From Botryllus schlosseri (taxonomy: Eukaryota), in assembly GCA_051294905.1 (NCBI GenBank), contig CM119378.1, positions 19,406,001 to 19,470,000 of the forward strand: a stretch of 64,000 nt of DNA, read 5' to 3'. Each line of letters opens with the position of its first letter. Within the stretch, counting starts at the first letter, position 1. The notes under the pieces were generated by a model. It was not told the DNA's origin and did no database searches. It saw only the letters and a program-made list of their open reading frames with translations. A program made the position numbers and the translations under genes. Below are positions 26,200-39,633 of the stretch, piece by piece.

Positions 26200-26700
26200 A
26201 GTGAAGCAAGGTAAAATGGTCACCTTGGTATCTGCAAGAAAAATAATGAAATGCGCAAAAAACTTCCTATCGAGTGTTGGAAACACAATGCGAACTTCTA
26301 TTTCAAAGCAATTAATGAGTGGATCAAAGGAGCTCTGCAATGAAAGAATACGTAAAAGTACAGGATTGTGTCCCACAATGATGCTGAATGGTCATTGGTC
26401 ACTCTGTGCAATATGCAATTACCAGAAACAACCGCTCGTACAAGGTTGGTATGACGAAAAACTTCGCATTGACAGGGAAGATGCCAAGAGAAAACAGATA
26501 TCTGATAAATATTAAAACCAGAGAGTAAAGTATTTACCGAGAACGCATGTTGGTGATGTTGCTGTTCAGAACGAAATAGATCTTGGATCTTGCAATGTTA
26601 CTACGATGAACTAAGATGTATCATTGGATTTGAATCTGGCGTGGGGAATAAAAGAAACAGGAGACATCTGCAAAACCTCATAAACAAGGTGAGACTGATG
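26200..26700 (+). mobile_element. Gypsy integrase remnant
   Basis: GHLGICKK..MRKK..W, CAICNYQKQPL, KYLPRTHVGD, SGVGNKRNRRHL across shifted frames. Confidence 0.62.
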
Positions 26701-26955
26701 GTGATGGAAAGTTTTGAAGAACAAGTAATACCAATTCTAGTTTCGAATTTGGTAAAGTGAGTAGTTTTACTTCAAGTTTTTACAGGTGAGGTTAGGCCAT
26801 ATCTCCATCTGCTTGAAGTGACTAGGCTGCAATTACAATCAGTGGATGTCACCGTGAAGAACTCTAATCACACGCTTTGGGATAATTATGCTGTCACTTT
26901 ACGCAAACCGAACGCAATTGTCACAAATCACCTTATGTGTCTTGTATTGACGCAG

Positions 26956-27130
26956 CGGAGATTTTGATGAAAATGGCTTTAGAAAGGTTGCCGGAATCCG
27001 CCAAGTCAAAGATAAAGGTATGAAAATGCGGAACTGGTAAGTCATGGTGTTTCTTCACTGCTGTGCTTCCTGAGCTGAAAGATGAACAACAAGCAAAAAA
27101 GCCATAAAATGAACCCTGCTTCATCTGAAG
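26956..27130 (+). pseudogene. Orphan, inverted copy of two CENP-C-like cassette exons (copy A)
   Basis: 62-nt exon 26956-27017 with AG/GT, (S)GDFDENGFRKVAGIRQVKDK, same length and phases as 44293-44354; the next exon keeps its donor (ASSE/gtac) but has lost its acceptor; the downstream intron sequence is also homologous. Confidence 0.75.
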
Positions 27131-27966
27131 GTACATTGTTCTTGTACATTTTCGCCCTGAAATATTGTTTTCATACCTGCTTATTTGCAATTCATATTAT
27201 TGCTTCCTTATTGAATTAGCTAGTTGTGTTTGAGTTTCAAAGGTAGTTAGTTCCAGTTCTGAGGTAGCTTGAAAAATTGAGCAACTACAATTCTGATTTT
27301 CACAGGTGTGGTTAGGCCATATCATAATAGGCTCACAATTCTGATACATCTCTGGCTCTAACATCAATCAATCAATGCCACCCGGAAAAAAAACTTGAAT
27401 CACACACTTTTGGACAATTATCCTCCCACTTTATGCACTTTGGAAATACCCATGAACCTCTAAACAGGTGCAGAGGAATCTACACATGAATGCATATGCG
27501 AATCCAAGGAAATGGAGAACGGTTGCACTGTTGTACAATGCTCCAAACAATGGCATGTCTGCTGTCAGTGCGTATCCTTTGATATTTTCATCGTAACATA
27601 ACTAGAGCTGAGCGCAATGATTCGAGTGCTCGGTGCTGGTTAAGATCAAAACATGAATACGACCACCCGAATAGGGGAGAGGAGGCCAAGATGAGACATG
27701 GATTTTTTCAGAGAACAATTTGTTGATTTCCAGAATCATTTAACCATGTAGCTCTCATAATGCCATTCTATAGCTCCACCATGTAACTGAGAGAGATAGG
27801 TTTGAGGTGTAACAGAAATATGCCAAAATATGTATTTTTTAGTTTCAGTAATATATTCTAGGTAACTTCTTTCAGAAAGACAGTCAGTGGAAGCAACCAT
27901 CCACGAAAGCAAACAAAGTTATTGAAGGTATCAGAAGCCTCCGACTTGGCAGGAATGTAAAAAATA

Positions 27967-29990
27967 CCGTCATTTTCCATGTATAATCCGCAAATTTTGC
28001 GTGTTATACATGGGAACAGCACGCTTGAATAAAATTTCCCTCGAAATAAAACTATAAATGGATGAGATGTGCATTTTATTTCATGATATCACTAATTTCT
28101 TTCGTTTCATTTTGATCCCTGCAATCGCCACGCCCGCGCACTGATCAACCAGCCGTGACACATGATGAGAAAGATCGACTAAGCATGCTCGGCGGCGTTC
28201 GTTATGTTAGATTCTTTATCTCTTTAAATCGAAGTTGCCGTTGGGGTTATTAGTTTTATCTTGATAAAATATTGAACTGCTGTGACGAGCATTATTTATT
28301 ATTACCAGTAGCTTCCATTCACAGTTTTATAATTGCCCTAGTGGTTTCATGAAGATAGGTAAGAGAGCAAGTTATAGTATGGAGTTTCAAAACAATGTCA
28401 TTGAAGTGGCAGAAAAATTGGGCAATAGGGCAGCTGTTCGCAAATTTGAAGTTGATGAATCAAACATAGACTCTGGAAGAAAAAATATCAAATTAATACA
28501 GCAAAAGCTTCAGCAAGAGCACCTGGAAGAGGAAAGAAAGCACAGTATCCAGATGCCGAGGAAAAATTAGTGGAGTTAATTATTGAGAGAAGAGCTGGTG
28601 GAATAGCAGTCAGCACTATTGAAATTAGAACATTGGCTATGAAATGGATAAAGAGAGACTACCTGTATTCAAACTTCAGAGCCTCCATAAAGTGGTGGTA
28701 CTTATTTATGGGACGCAATGACATTTCAATTAGGAGGAGGATTTCAGTGGCACAAAAGTTACCACAAGACTATAAAGATAAGCTGTTAAAGTTTCAGAAA
28801 TACATGATTGGCCTAAGAAAGGTTTATGGCTACGAGGTAAAGGATATTGCTAATGCTGATCAGACTCCAATCACGTTTGATTTACTGGCAAATCAGACCA
28901 TGGCCTTGAAAGGAACAGATACTGTAACAATCAAATCGACTGGGAACAAAAATAACAGGTTCACGGTTATGCTGGGGGCATATGGGGATGGTATGAAAAT
29001 GTGGCCATACATAATATTCAAGAGGAAAACCCTCCCCAGGAACATAGTGTGGCCTTCTGGTGTGATTGTCAGGTGCCAGAGCAAAGGATGGATGGACGAG
29101 GCACTGACAAAAGACTGGCTGAAGACTGTCTGGTGCGCAAATCCATCCATCAAAAGAAGAATGCTTGTGCTGGATGCCTTCCGTTGCCACAGGATGCCAT
29201 CCACCAAGGACATCTTGAAAGAGAACAGAACGGATCTCGTGATAATTCCCAGTGGTATGACATCGCAGTGTCAAGTGATGGACATCCCTGCAACAAACCT
29301 TTCAAAACATCCATGCGTCGGCGATGGAATGAGTGGATGGCGTGTGGGAAACACCAGTTCACAGCTCGAGGTAATTTAAAAAGGGTGGACCTCCTGACTC
29401 ACAGCTGGAGGTAATTTAAAAAGGGTGGACCTCCTGACCATAGTCACTTGGATTAAGGAAGCATGTGAAGAGCATGATCCCAACATCATCATCAAGGGAT
29501 GGCACCGAAGATGACATTCTGTGGGAGGATCAGGTTGCACCGCGGGCTATGGAAGTAGAGATGGAAGATGATGATTGCGTACTAGATGAGGAGATGTACA
29601 CTGATGATCAGAATCAGCTGCAAGCTTTGCAAAACCTCTTCAACGAGCCAAATTCAGACTCTGATAATTCCCTCAATGGATTTTAGAGTACCGTATTGAT
29701 TGATGTATTGTCATGTTATGAAAGTACCGGTATGTGCTAAGTAGTACAACAAAATCAGCAAATAAAATATCGCGTAGTGCAGGCTGTCTTTTATTTCATA
29801 ACACTTTGCCTTGTTTGGTTCTTTTCTGCTGTTCATTTCAAACACAATGCTCTCTTGGCAGACGCTTGCTCGGTCACCTGCTAATTCAGGGCGTGTACTA
29901 TACACGGGTACTGGCTTTTTCACAGAAATTACATGCTATTTCAAGGGTGCGTATTATACATGGGGGCGTACTATACTTGGAAAATTACGG
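27967..29990 (+). mobile_element. Tigger/pogo element (Brinker-type HTH + CENP-B HTH + DDE_1), frameshifted
   Basis: TIR ccgtcattttccatgtataa vs ccgtaattttccaagtatag (17/20); TA on both sides; empty TA site at 33681-33682 in the duplicate block; ORFs 28349-28570 and 28570-29379 (ANADQTP, KGWMDE, LVLDAFRCH). Confidence 0.9.
28100..28305 (+). mobile_element. Solo LTR of the Gypsy family at 15560-17262 (boundaries approximate)
   Basis: Matches 17046-17250 (ccctgcaatcgcc, ctgatcaaccagccgtgacacatgatgag, gttgccgttggggttattag, taaaatattgaactgctgt). Confidence 0.85.
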
Positions 29991-30885
29991 TAGTCCTAAT
30001 GAGGACTAATGTACTCCCTTCATTTACATATCCAGCCATCATGGTCAGAATGCCGTGCAATATCAGAAGCAAGATAAAAGAAACAACCACCAAGTTACTA
30101 TTCGGAAATGACAACAGAGCAGAATAAGGGAAACTAATCCAGAAAGAAGCTCATGGAGGTATCAACCTAATTGACATTCCCACAATAATGGAGATGCTTT
30201 TTCTTGAGCCGGCGAATCAGGGAAAATGGCGAGAAGGGCTCGACCACCAGCTGGAGCTCAGATTGAACAGGCACCACGAAAAAAAAACATTCCTAATGAC
30301 AGACCACACTCTTTGTAGCTGCTACCCCATTAGGAAGAGATGAACAAAGCAATGAGAGATATGAAGATAACGAAAGAGGACATAAAACTCCAGAAGAAAA
30401 GAGACCTTTATGAAGACATAAAACTGGCCCGAAAAAAACAAAATTCACGGAGCCCTGACCTCTAAACAGCGAAAAATGAACATGCTAATAGCAAACCATA
30501 TGCTATAAACAAATGAGAGACTTCCACCGAGAGGAGTCGCGAGAACAAGTGACTGTGATCTGCGAGGAAATCTTAGTGAAACACATGTACACGTTTTCTT
30601 AGACTGCAGAGAAACCAAAGAAGTCGTAACTACCATCCTAGAGGCTTGTAGAAAGTCACCAACGAAGCTGCACTAAAACCCGGGATGCAGACTATAATCC
30701 AATTGACTCCCAGAGAACCTGCCCGAGGTCCATAAAACAGTCCCAACGATACCAACATCTATCATCAAACAGGCAGTATGGAAGGAAAGGGAGTATAAGA
30801 TGGTGGGAGCAAAACAGTACAGAGAACAACGGATCTTGCAATCTACAATAACCCGACTCAACAGGAGAACGTGACGTAAGGAGGA
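29991..30885 (+). mobile_element. L1/Tx1-type LINE 3' fragment (continues 27870-27966 across the Tigger insertion)
   Basis: KLIQKEAHGGINLIDIPT; zf-RVT-like CDL..SETHVHVFLDC; SIIKQAVWKER; A-rich end. Confidence 0.78.
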
Positions 30886-31663
30886 AAAAAAAGAGAAAAC
30901 ATGCTAGGTGATATCCTTCACGAACTTACTGGGGTGATGAGACTTGAAGGAAAGGAAATTTGACTTTTGATATAATAACTAGGGCTCCAGAGCGAGAAGC
31001 GTACATCCACTATTTTATGTCCAGTCTGGACTTTTTCTTCGACGGAGTGTACGCAACAAAAAAGATAGTTTTAGTAATATTATGAAATGGCATTAATGGA
31101 GCAAGTAGATTACAATATTAGAAGTGTAGTCATGCACTTACTTTTGAACAGCCATAGACAGGAAAGTTTTCATTGAAGGTTATTCAATAATGGTAGTGTA
31201 GGAGTAAGATGAGACAAAATCTTGGGGGCAAGTTGAGACATGGGTATAAGAAGACTTATACATTGAATGCCTTGATATGCTTGTAATTCAAACTGTTTAG
31301 AGCAAAAATAATAGCTGTACAATAGTTATCTTAGTTGACCAGATGCCACGGTAGCAGCAAAAACAACACAGAAAGGATCGGTCTTCCCTTTTGGCGGCAG
31401 ATAAGATCGGCAGTGCAAAACATGGAGTTGATAAATAGACATTGAGTCGGTATTTACATTCCGGATCACAAGCTTCTGGCTATGAAAATCTCCGCCAAAA
31501 GAGGCAAATATTCTCTGACAATATGCATAAGAAACTGGCCGACCACATTGTCAATCAATGCAAAATGTTTCATGGTGTTACGAAAACGAAATGTCAAGAA
31601 ATTGCGTATTGTTACGCAGTAAGCAATCATGTTGATATTCCTGTAAATTGGAGCAGAGATCAG

Positions 31664-31945
31664 AAAGATGAATGCACTCAAGTACAAAACTGAGGTATGG
31701 AAGTACTTTGAAGAGGATGGAGTGGCAGGTAAAGCAGTCTGTACAGCTTGCCAAGACAGTGTTAGCATGGGAGCGACAAAGGGGAAGCACAGGAACACTT
31801 CCAACTTGTGGGCCCATCCTCGAATTCATCACCATGAATTGCACAATATGGCACTCAATGAAACGATATCCAGGCACGGTGAGACCGCCTCCAGTTTACA
31901 GAGAACACTAGAAGATATGCTATAAAATAAGAGAACAGTTTGGTA
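31664..31945 (+). mobile_element. BED-finger N-terminus of a ZBED-type hAT (truncated duplicate of 34590-34880)
   Basis: EVWKYFEEDGVAGKAVCTACQDSVSMG..NTSNLWAHPRIHH. Confidence 0.78.
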
Positions 31946-31963
31946 AGCTACAGATTTTAGGCC

Positions 31964-33350
31964 CAGGCGCGTAGCCAGCCGTGAAAAGAGGGGGGGTTTC
32001 ATTTTTTTAAATGAGCCAACATAGCTTTAATAAGGGTTACGTTTTTACGTACATGCTAGATTTCCGGTATTAGATACATCAGAAAAGCTTACCCGCATCG
32101 AGGAACCTACGCGTATTATATATTTATATGCTTTTATAAGCTCTATTTACGCTCGCTACATAAAATTGCCAACGATTCATGCCAATCATTGGAGACCAAC
32201 TGATATTTCAATTTTCCCACTCAAGAGCGTCGTATAAAAAAGGAAGTCGTCAGGCTTAAATTTCAACGAAGTTGGCTCGAGGCATTTAAATGGTTAGCCT
32301 ATAGCCCGTCCCAGGACGGAGGGTACTGTGTACCCTGTCGCCTATTTTCCATTGAGGAAGCTGGCTGCCAGATATTGAAAGGGTTTGTAACTCAGCCCAT
32401 GCAAACTTGGAAAAAGGCTAGGGAACACTGCATAGAGCATGATGCAAGACTACAATGTTACGGCTGTAGTTTGAGCGGAAGGCTTCGAAAGTGCTCACAG
32501 AACTGGAAACGTAGTGAAAGAATGAATCCGAACATGGAGCAAGACGTGATTGCCAATCGCGAAGCCATAAAATCGATTATCCAAGCAATAAAATTATGCG
32601 GCCGCCAAAACATCACCCTTCGCGGTCACCGAGATTCTAGCGCTCTGGAAGACAACTTCGACCAGTCGCGCAATGAAGGAAACTTTCGATCTCTTTTGCG
32701 ATTTAGTATGTCTTCTGGAAACAAATTCCTATCATATCATTTTGACAACGGATCTGCCACACACACACTAGTGCAACAACTCAAAATGAAATTGTTGAAC
32801 TCTTTGCCAATCTCATTAGAACAAAGATTGTTGAAAGAGTAACTGCCGCGAAATACTTTTATCTTCTTGCTGACTAAACAAGCGACGTCGCTCAGCTTGA
32901 ACAATTTTCTCTGTGTATACGTTACGTTCACGTCGATCAAGATATGAATGGATGTATTCGCGAGAACTTCCTCGGCTTCGTCGAAGCCAAGGATCTAACT
33001 GGAAGAGCACACGCAGAGCTTCTAATACAAGCTTTAACATCGTGGAGCATCGACCCAGGCAACATGCGAGGTCAGGGATACGACGGCGTTGATAACATGT
33101 CTGGTTGTATTAATGGCGTGCAGGCTCATGTGCCTGAGAACTTTCCAGCTGCTACTTACGCACATTGCAGTTCGCATCGACTCAACCTAGTCCTCTCACA
33201 CGCATGTGGCAACGCTTCGATGCAAAAAACTGTTAGGGACATCCAAGAAGTCATCATATTTTTCTCGAATAGTCATAAGAGGAGGAAAGGGATATCAACG
33301 AAGGCTATAAAAAAGACTTTTACTCTGCCACTCGTAAAAAGAGACTCGAG
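31964..33350 (+). mobile_element. Second copy, 5' half, of the P52rIPK/ZMYM1-like hAT
   Basis: Left terminus caggcgcgtagccag; FKWLAYSPSQDGGYCVPC, LRGHRD, NEGNFRSLL, GQGYDG..NMSG..NGVQA, HCSSHRLNL. Confidence 0.85.
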
Positions 33351-33354
33351 GATG

Positions 33355-34880
33355 GAGGAGGCCAAGATGAGACACAGGGTAAGATGAGACATGGATTTTT
33401 TCAGGGAACAATATGTTGATTTACAGAATCATTTAACCATGTAGCTCTCATAATGCCATTCTATAGCTCTACCATGTAGCTAAGAGAGACAGGTTTGAGG
33501 TGTATCAGAAATATACCAATACAGGTAAACAGGTATATTTTAATTTGAGTAATACATCCTAGGTAACTTCTTTCAGAAAGACAAGGGAGGACCCAAAATT
33601 CAGTGGAAACAACCATTCAAGAAAGCAACCACGTTTATTGAGGATATTAAAAGCCTCACACTTGGCAGAAATGAAAAAAATAGTCCTGCTATTTACATAT
33701 CCTGCCACCATGGTCAGGGAATGCCATACGAAATCAGAAGCAAGATAAAAGAAGAAACCACCAGGTTACTATTCGGAAATGACAACATAGCAGAATATGG
33801 GAAACTAATCCAGAAAGAAGCTCATGGAGGTATCAACCTTATCGACATTCCCACAATATTGGACATGCTTTTTTTTAAGCCGGCGTTTAAGAGGAAGCGA
33901 CGAACCGAGGGAAATGTTGAGAAAAGCTCGAGCACCAGCTGGCGATCAGATTGAACAGGTACCACGAAATTACCATTCCTAATGACAGACCGCAATCTAC
34001 AATAACCCGACTAACCAGGAGAACGAGACGAGGAAACAGAAAGTGAAAAAAAAGCTCGATGATATCGTTCACGAACTTACTGCGGTGATGAGACAAAAAA
34101 GGAAATTAACTTCGAATTTTGATATAATAAGGAGGGCTCCAGAGCCAGAACCGTACATCGGCTAGTTCATGTCCAGTGTGGACTTTTTTAATGCAGTGTA
34201 CGCAATAAAAAAGATAGTTTGAGTAATACTAAATATTATAAAATGACATTAATGGAGCAAGTAGATTACAATATTAGCAGTGTAGCCATGCACTTACTTT
34301 TGAAAAGCCATAGACAGAGAAGTTTTCATTGAAGGTTACTCAATAATGGTAGTGTAGGAGTAAGATGAGACAAAATCTTGGGGGTAAGTTGAGACATGAG
34401 TATAAGAATACTTTTACATTGAATGCCTTGATATGCCTGTAATTTAAACTGTTTACAGCAGAAATAATAGGTGTACAATAGTTATCTTCATTGACCAGAT
34501 GCCACAATACAAGCAAAAACAACACAGGAAGGATCAGTCTTCCCTTTTGGCGGTAGCTCTGAGGATGTATGTGTCATATCCTGACTAAGATGAAGGCACT
34601 CAAGCACAAAAGTGAGGTATGGAAGTATTTTGAAGAGGATGGAGTGGCAGGTAAAGCAGTTTGTACAGCTTGCAAAGACAGTATTAGCATGGGAGAGACA
34701 TAGGGGAAGCACGAAAACCCTTCCAGCTTGTGGGCCCATCTTCCGATTCATCACCACGAATTGCACAATATGGCACTCAATGAAACAATATCCAGGCACG
34801 GTGAGACCGCCTCCAGTTAACAGAGAACATCAGAAGATATGCTTCACAGAGAACATCAGAAGATATGCTAAAATAAGAAA
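33355..34880 (+). repeat. Diverged duplicate of the 27674-31945 block (pogo left end + LINE fragment + BED finger)
   Basis: Colinear homology with 27680-27966, 29991-30290, 30840-31400 and 31664-31945; carries different deletions and lacks the Tigger insertion. Confidence 0.85.
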
Positions 34881-36285
34881 ACAGTTTGGAAAGCTACGGA
34901 TGGCAGGTCCATGAAAATTGATGACCTAAGAATTGGGATGCTCGTAACTGACAATCAGGCATTTACTATGGTGTCTGAGGGTTGTAAAAAGCTTTTGGCA
35001 GTCTTAGAACCAAGATATGCTTTGAAAAGTGAAAATATAACCGGACAGAAAAGCTGTAGAAAGTTTATGATGACAAGGTTGTTAAAAAAGTCCAATTCTT
35101 AATTGAGCCAGTTAAAGCGGGCAGATATCTGTCGTTTACCACAGACTGCTGGTCAGGTGCCACCAAGTCTCTTATGAGTTTACCATGCCATTTCATTGAC
35201 ACCATGTGGTCAAGAAAACAAGTAATCTTGAATACGAGAGTGATGCAGGGGTCTCACTCCGGAGAATATCTCAGAGAGTCTTTTTCAAGGATGCTCGAAG
35301 AATGGAACAATAGCAAAGAACGGGTAACACTAGTGCTTCTAGACAATGGGTCAAATATTGTGGAAGGAATGAGACTCGCAGAACTTCCAGACCTTAGCTG
35401 CACGGCGCATAGTTTGCAACTGGTGGTTGGTGATGTGCTTTAATCATAAAAAGCTGTAACTGAAGGTATCTCAATTCTTCAAGAAGTGCGCCACTCACTT
35501 CAATCATTCAATCTTGGCTAAACAATGTCTGAGAACAATTTAAAAAGAACACGGTCTGCCTGAGCATGGTATTTTGCAATCGGTACCTACAAGATCGAAT
35601 TCAACTCTGCATATGCTTCAAAGGATGATAGCGCAGAAGCGTGCCTTGAATAAGTACTGTGGCGAACATGGTGGATTCACACGCCCCACTATTCTTCATT
35701 GATACCTTGTAGCACAATTTATTGAAATTCTTCTTCCAATAGAAGAGGTCACTCCTCAAGTAAGCCAAAGTGACTTATCTATTTCATGTATAATTCCATG
35801 AATCTCAGTACTGAAGATGATACTTCATGATGACAATGCTACTAGACCACAAACGGAAGAGATTAGGAAGCTCAGGAATGGTATAATGACAATCATGGGT
35901 AAACGTTTTGATAAATTGAAGAGCAATAAGGCTGGCAAGCAGCGAATATGTAGCTTCAGCAACACCTGAGGATTCCAAGAGACCACAGTTAGACTCACCG
36001 ACGACGACAGCTGCAAGTGGCTGTCTTGATGCACTGTTTAACACACAGTGACAGCACCCAGGAAAGTAGTTGTATTGATGACGAACTAAACCTACACCTC
36101 AAAGAAAAGATGACGGAAGTCACAAGCTACTAGCCCAAGCTACCAGCTAGAAAGTATCTGTTCCCAGTGAACGTGATTTCATCGAAATCGTTCAGATGTA
36201 CACTTTGCAGGGTGGACAGGTTCACTGGTGAGCATGCAGAGAAACTGTGCTTCCTGCATTACAACATACGTCTACTGGACTGATC
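34590..36285 (+). pseudogene. ZBED4/Ac-type hAT transposase remnant
   Basis: LEPRYAL, SFTTDCWSG, HSGEYL, LVLLDNGSNI, SCTAHSLQLVV, VPTRSNSTLHMLQR, EHAEKLCFLHYN. Confidence 0.82.
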
Positions 36286-36699
36286 ACGTTTTGCTTTTTG
36301 GGCTAGCCTAAATTTCAATAATTGTGCACAATTCTTTCTGATTTCAGTTTGCTTGTTTGGTTTTCAGCCTTCTTTGGCATGCACATCTGTGCAAGTGCCA
36401 ACTTGCCTAATACATGAGATATTTGGAGGGAAATGGTTCCCTACTCCTGCCATATTATTATCGGCCTATGTTATTGATTACCGGCCGTGTGAGTGTGTCA
36501 GTATCGGCCTGCTAAAATTGATACCTGACCTATCGCTAAGAGCACCGGAAGCGACATCATTGGCTCGGTCCACCATATTCGACAGACATTCTGTTGGTGA
36601 GAATTTTTCAAAAACCGAGCTTAAGTTCTCGAAAGTACAGATATTTTGAATGTTGATGAGACTGGTTTCCATACAGTGCGGAAACCCGATTATATTTTG

Positions 36700-36990
36700 G
36701 CGCGTTATATGGAGTGAGATCACCAGAGATGCAAAGCAAGAAGCCGATATACAAATCGTAATAAACATGACGCCAACAACACCGATAACGGAATGTAATG
36801 AAAAATCACTAATCTCAGTCAAATCCATTTTCAAACAGGCAGCATGGAATGCAAGGAATTGGAAAATACAAGGAGACCTGCTCATGAGTACGAAATGGAT
36901 TTGGCACTCCTTCTAGCGCAGACTCGGAAGACGAACTCCGCGACCGCAAGAGCAAGAAACAGAAGAAACCCTTCATAAGATGATTGAGGA
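36700..36990 (+). mobile_element. Short L1/Tx1-type 3' fragment inside the pogo DDE region
   Basis: SIFKQAAWNARNWKIQG resembles SIIKQAVWKEREYKMVG at about 30760-30810. Confidence 0.55.
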
Positions 36991-39633
36991 ATCAATAACA
37001 ATAAAGAACGCGGCGCTCGCTAGTTATATTATAAACTAAAAGCGCAGATATTCCGGCCAATGGATATTTTTCACTCGATATAATGGTGTAAATGCAGAAT
37101 ATGCTATATTTTTTCAAGGCTTGAGGACCCTGCCTATTTTTGATGCATTCCTTTGCCATTTCCTTTCCCATCGTGGGAATGTCTCGTGAAGTAACTGCAA
37201 TAAACTCAATGCAAGTAGGTGCCGTTACCTCAGCTGAAAGAGAGTTAGTGACTGCAATCTGTACCATTTCCACTATAGGGAATGCAATTCCGCCAGTTTA
37301 TGCATGTTTTTCGTCATGTAATGTATCACAATCATTTCATTAACAGAGCACCAGCTGGGTCTATTGGATGCTGCTCAGGGAATGGATGGGTTGATGAGAA
37401 AATTTTTCATTGAAACATATCTGCCACATCTCGTCAAGAATACCAGATGCTCTCCTGACCGTTAAATACTCCATGTCAGCATTACATTAAGCGACATGGC
37501 CAAAGAGAATGGTATTGTCCTGCTAACAATAACTCCCCATACCTCTCATAAATTGCAGCCCCTTGATGTAAGCGTGGTTGGGCCATTAAAAAGCCTATAT
37601 AATTCTGCGATGGATGGATGTGTGCTCATCCTGGTCCAACTGTGAAGACATATGATATTCCAAATATATCTGCAACAGCTTTTCAAAGAGCAGTGTCCCT
37701 ATCAAACATCACAGATGGCTTTCTGGAGAGGAATTTATCCCTATAATGAAATTATTTTCCAAGATCATGACTTGGAAGTGTCTCATCTTGGCTTCTTTTC
37801 CCTTATTTGAAGTTAACGGACACGATGCAGTCACAATAACTGATACAAGAGGCATCCAACAAGAATGTCTGCTAAGCATGACAATATATGCAATTTGCAC
37901 TGACCTCTTGGCATACAAAGTATGCGTTACTGAAGGTATTCCAATTGATGCATAGACCTAGATCAGCTTGCAGACGACGTCACAATATATCTTAGCAGAG
38001 CTGACTTTATCTACAGGCAACTGTTCTTAAGGAATGGGAAAGTACAGAGTGACAGGCCAAGACATCAACATGATAATACTCGCACTAATCTTGCAAACAT
38101 GATTAAGGAAACCTTGCACTCTAGCTTCAAGTGAATGTACAACATGCGATTAATTTTTCTCACAAAAGACCTGGAAAATTACTCGCAGACCATCATTGGT
38201 AGTGCACAGCCGAAGAAATCATGTGATAAGTATATGAGAGAACGCACACAGGAACCAAAATAAGAGCATTTATGAATAGGAACACCCAACCTCAGGAATG
38301 GAAAACAAACTTGGACTTCAAAAATGATTACGCTCACGACACCAATCAAAATAAAGACCCAAAGGTGCCAATGAAGCGACTCTTTGATTGCACTCAAGAT
38401 GCCAAACTACGAGAAAAATCCCTACCCTTCATTATTCACTGGATTACTGTGCATATAATTATTGAATATGCTACCGCAAATGCTAGAAACGATCAATACG
38501 TAGCTTACATATGGTCAATGGTCATGGTCACTCTCTAATAATAAGACCATCTGATCATCCACAGAACCGCAAGATTTTCATACACGGTGTAAATATTGTA
38601 TTTATAGTATGTGTGTATGTTTGCTGAGTGCTATTTATGTTCAGAGAAAGGATACGGTGTTGTATCAAGTGGCGAGGTTGACTAAAACCACGCCCCCTAT
38701 CTAAATGTTTCATTGTTTTGATATCCGGCAAACCATAGAAGGTAGGACATCTCTCAACGGATTGACCGAAACCCGTGCCAGCGGCCTACTAAGTTATATA
38801 TCAATTTTGACGCATTCCCACAATCTTATGGGTCAGCAGTCAGTACTAGGGAAATCCTAGAGAAACTGTCACACTGATCCATTTTAGTGGGGCCATGAAA
38901 AAATTATCATTCCCTAGTATACTCCGCCATAACAAGAGATGTAAATTAAAACATAATAAAATTACTAGTACAGGAATAAGCTACTTGATCTTGAGTTCAC
39001 TTCCCTAGTTTAGTGACTTGAAACAATTTAGTACCCACTTGCGAGATTTAATGCAGGAATTCAACAATTATGCAATGCAGTCACTAAATAATACATTGTC
39101 AGATGGTAAATAGTCAATCTAGTATTAAGTTTATTGTGTGTTTTATTTCGACAAGTTGAAAAAGTAGGGGGCTTTTTGATTTTTTGAAACTTCCAAAGGG
39201 GGCCAACAGTGAAAACTAATTTAGGAGCCCCTTTCCTAGAATATTGAGTCTCTGGGTGCATGATTTCATCACAACAAATTTTGGGGTTCATCGAATCAAA
39301 AAGGTTGACGAGCGCTAGAGAGCTGAAATTAACATGATAAATGTGCAAGTGTACGCCCCATTAGTTAGGTGGACAACAACCCTAGGACGACTTCAGAAAT
39401 CAGTGGCCATTGTGGGTGCAGCAAAAAGTTATCGCGCCGTACCTCAGCATGATATCGAAATTTCGCTGAGTCGATCATTTTCTTGCTGCATCAAGCGTAC
39501 CATAATCTTTCTTGTACAGCTGGTCATGAATGTCATTGGGTATTTACGGCACACAGTTCCAAACGCATAGCCACTACCGGCCCGAGGAAATATTCAAATC
39601 GCCACTGACTACTATTAAATGAAGCACACACAA

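Larger units (their letters stand above)
27674..37803 (+). mobile_element. pogo-like family P element expanded to about 10 kb by nested insertions and an internal duplication
   Basis: Left TIR ggggagaggaggccaagatgagaca preceded by TA; right tgtctcatcttggcttcttttccct followed by TA; transposase pieces at 31440-31660, 36480-36690 and 37200-37760 (NVDETGFHTV, TPHTSHKLQPLDVSVVGPLK). Confidence 0.72.

Noticed and set aside
26590-26680. IIGFESGVGNKRNRRHLQ looked like an HUH/Rep (Replitron- or CRESS-like) motif.
   Set aside because: Upstream frames give GHLGI, CxxC..QKQPL and LP..VGD; RRNRRHL is the usual Gypsy integrase C-terminal motif.
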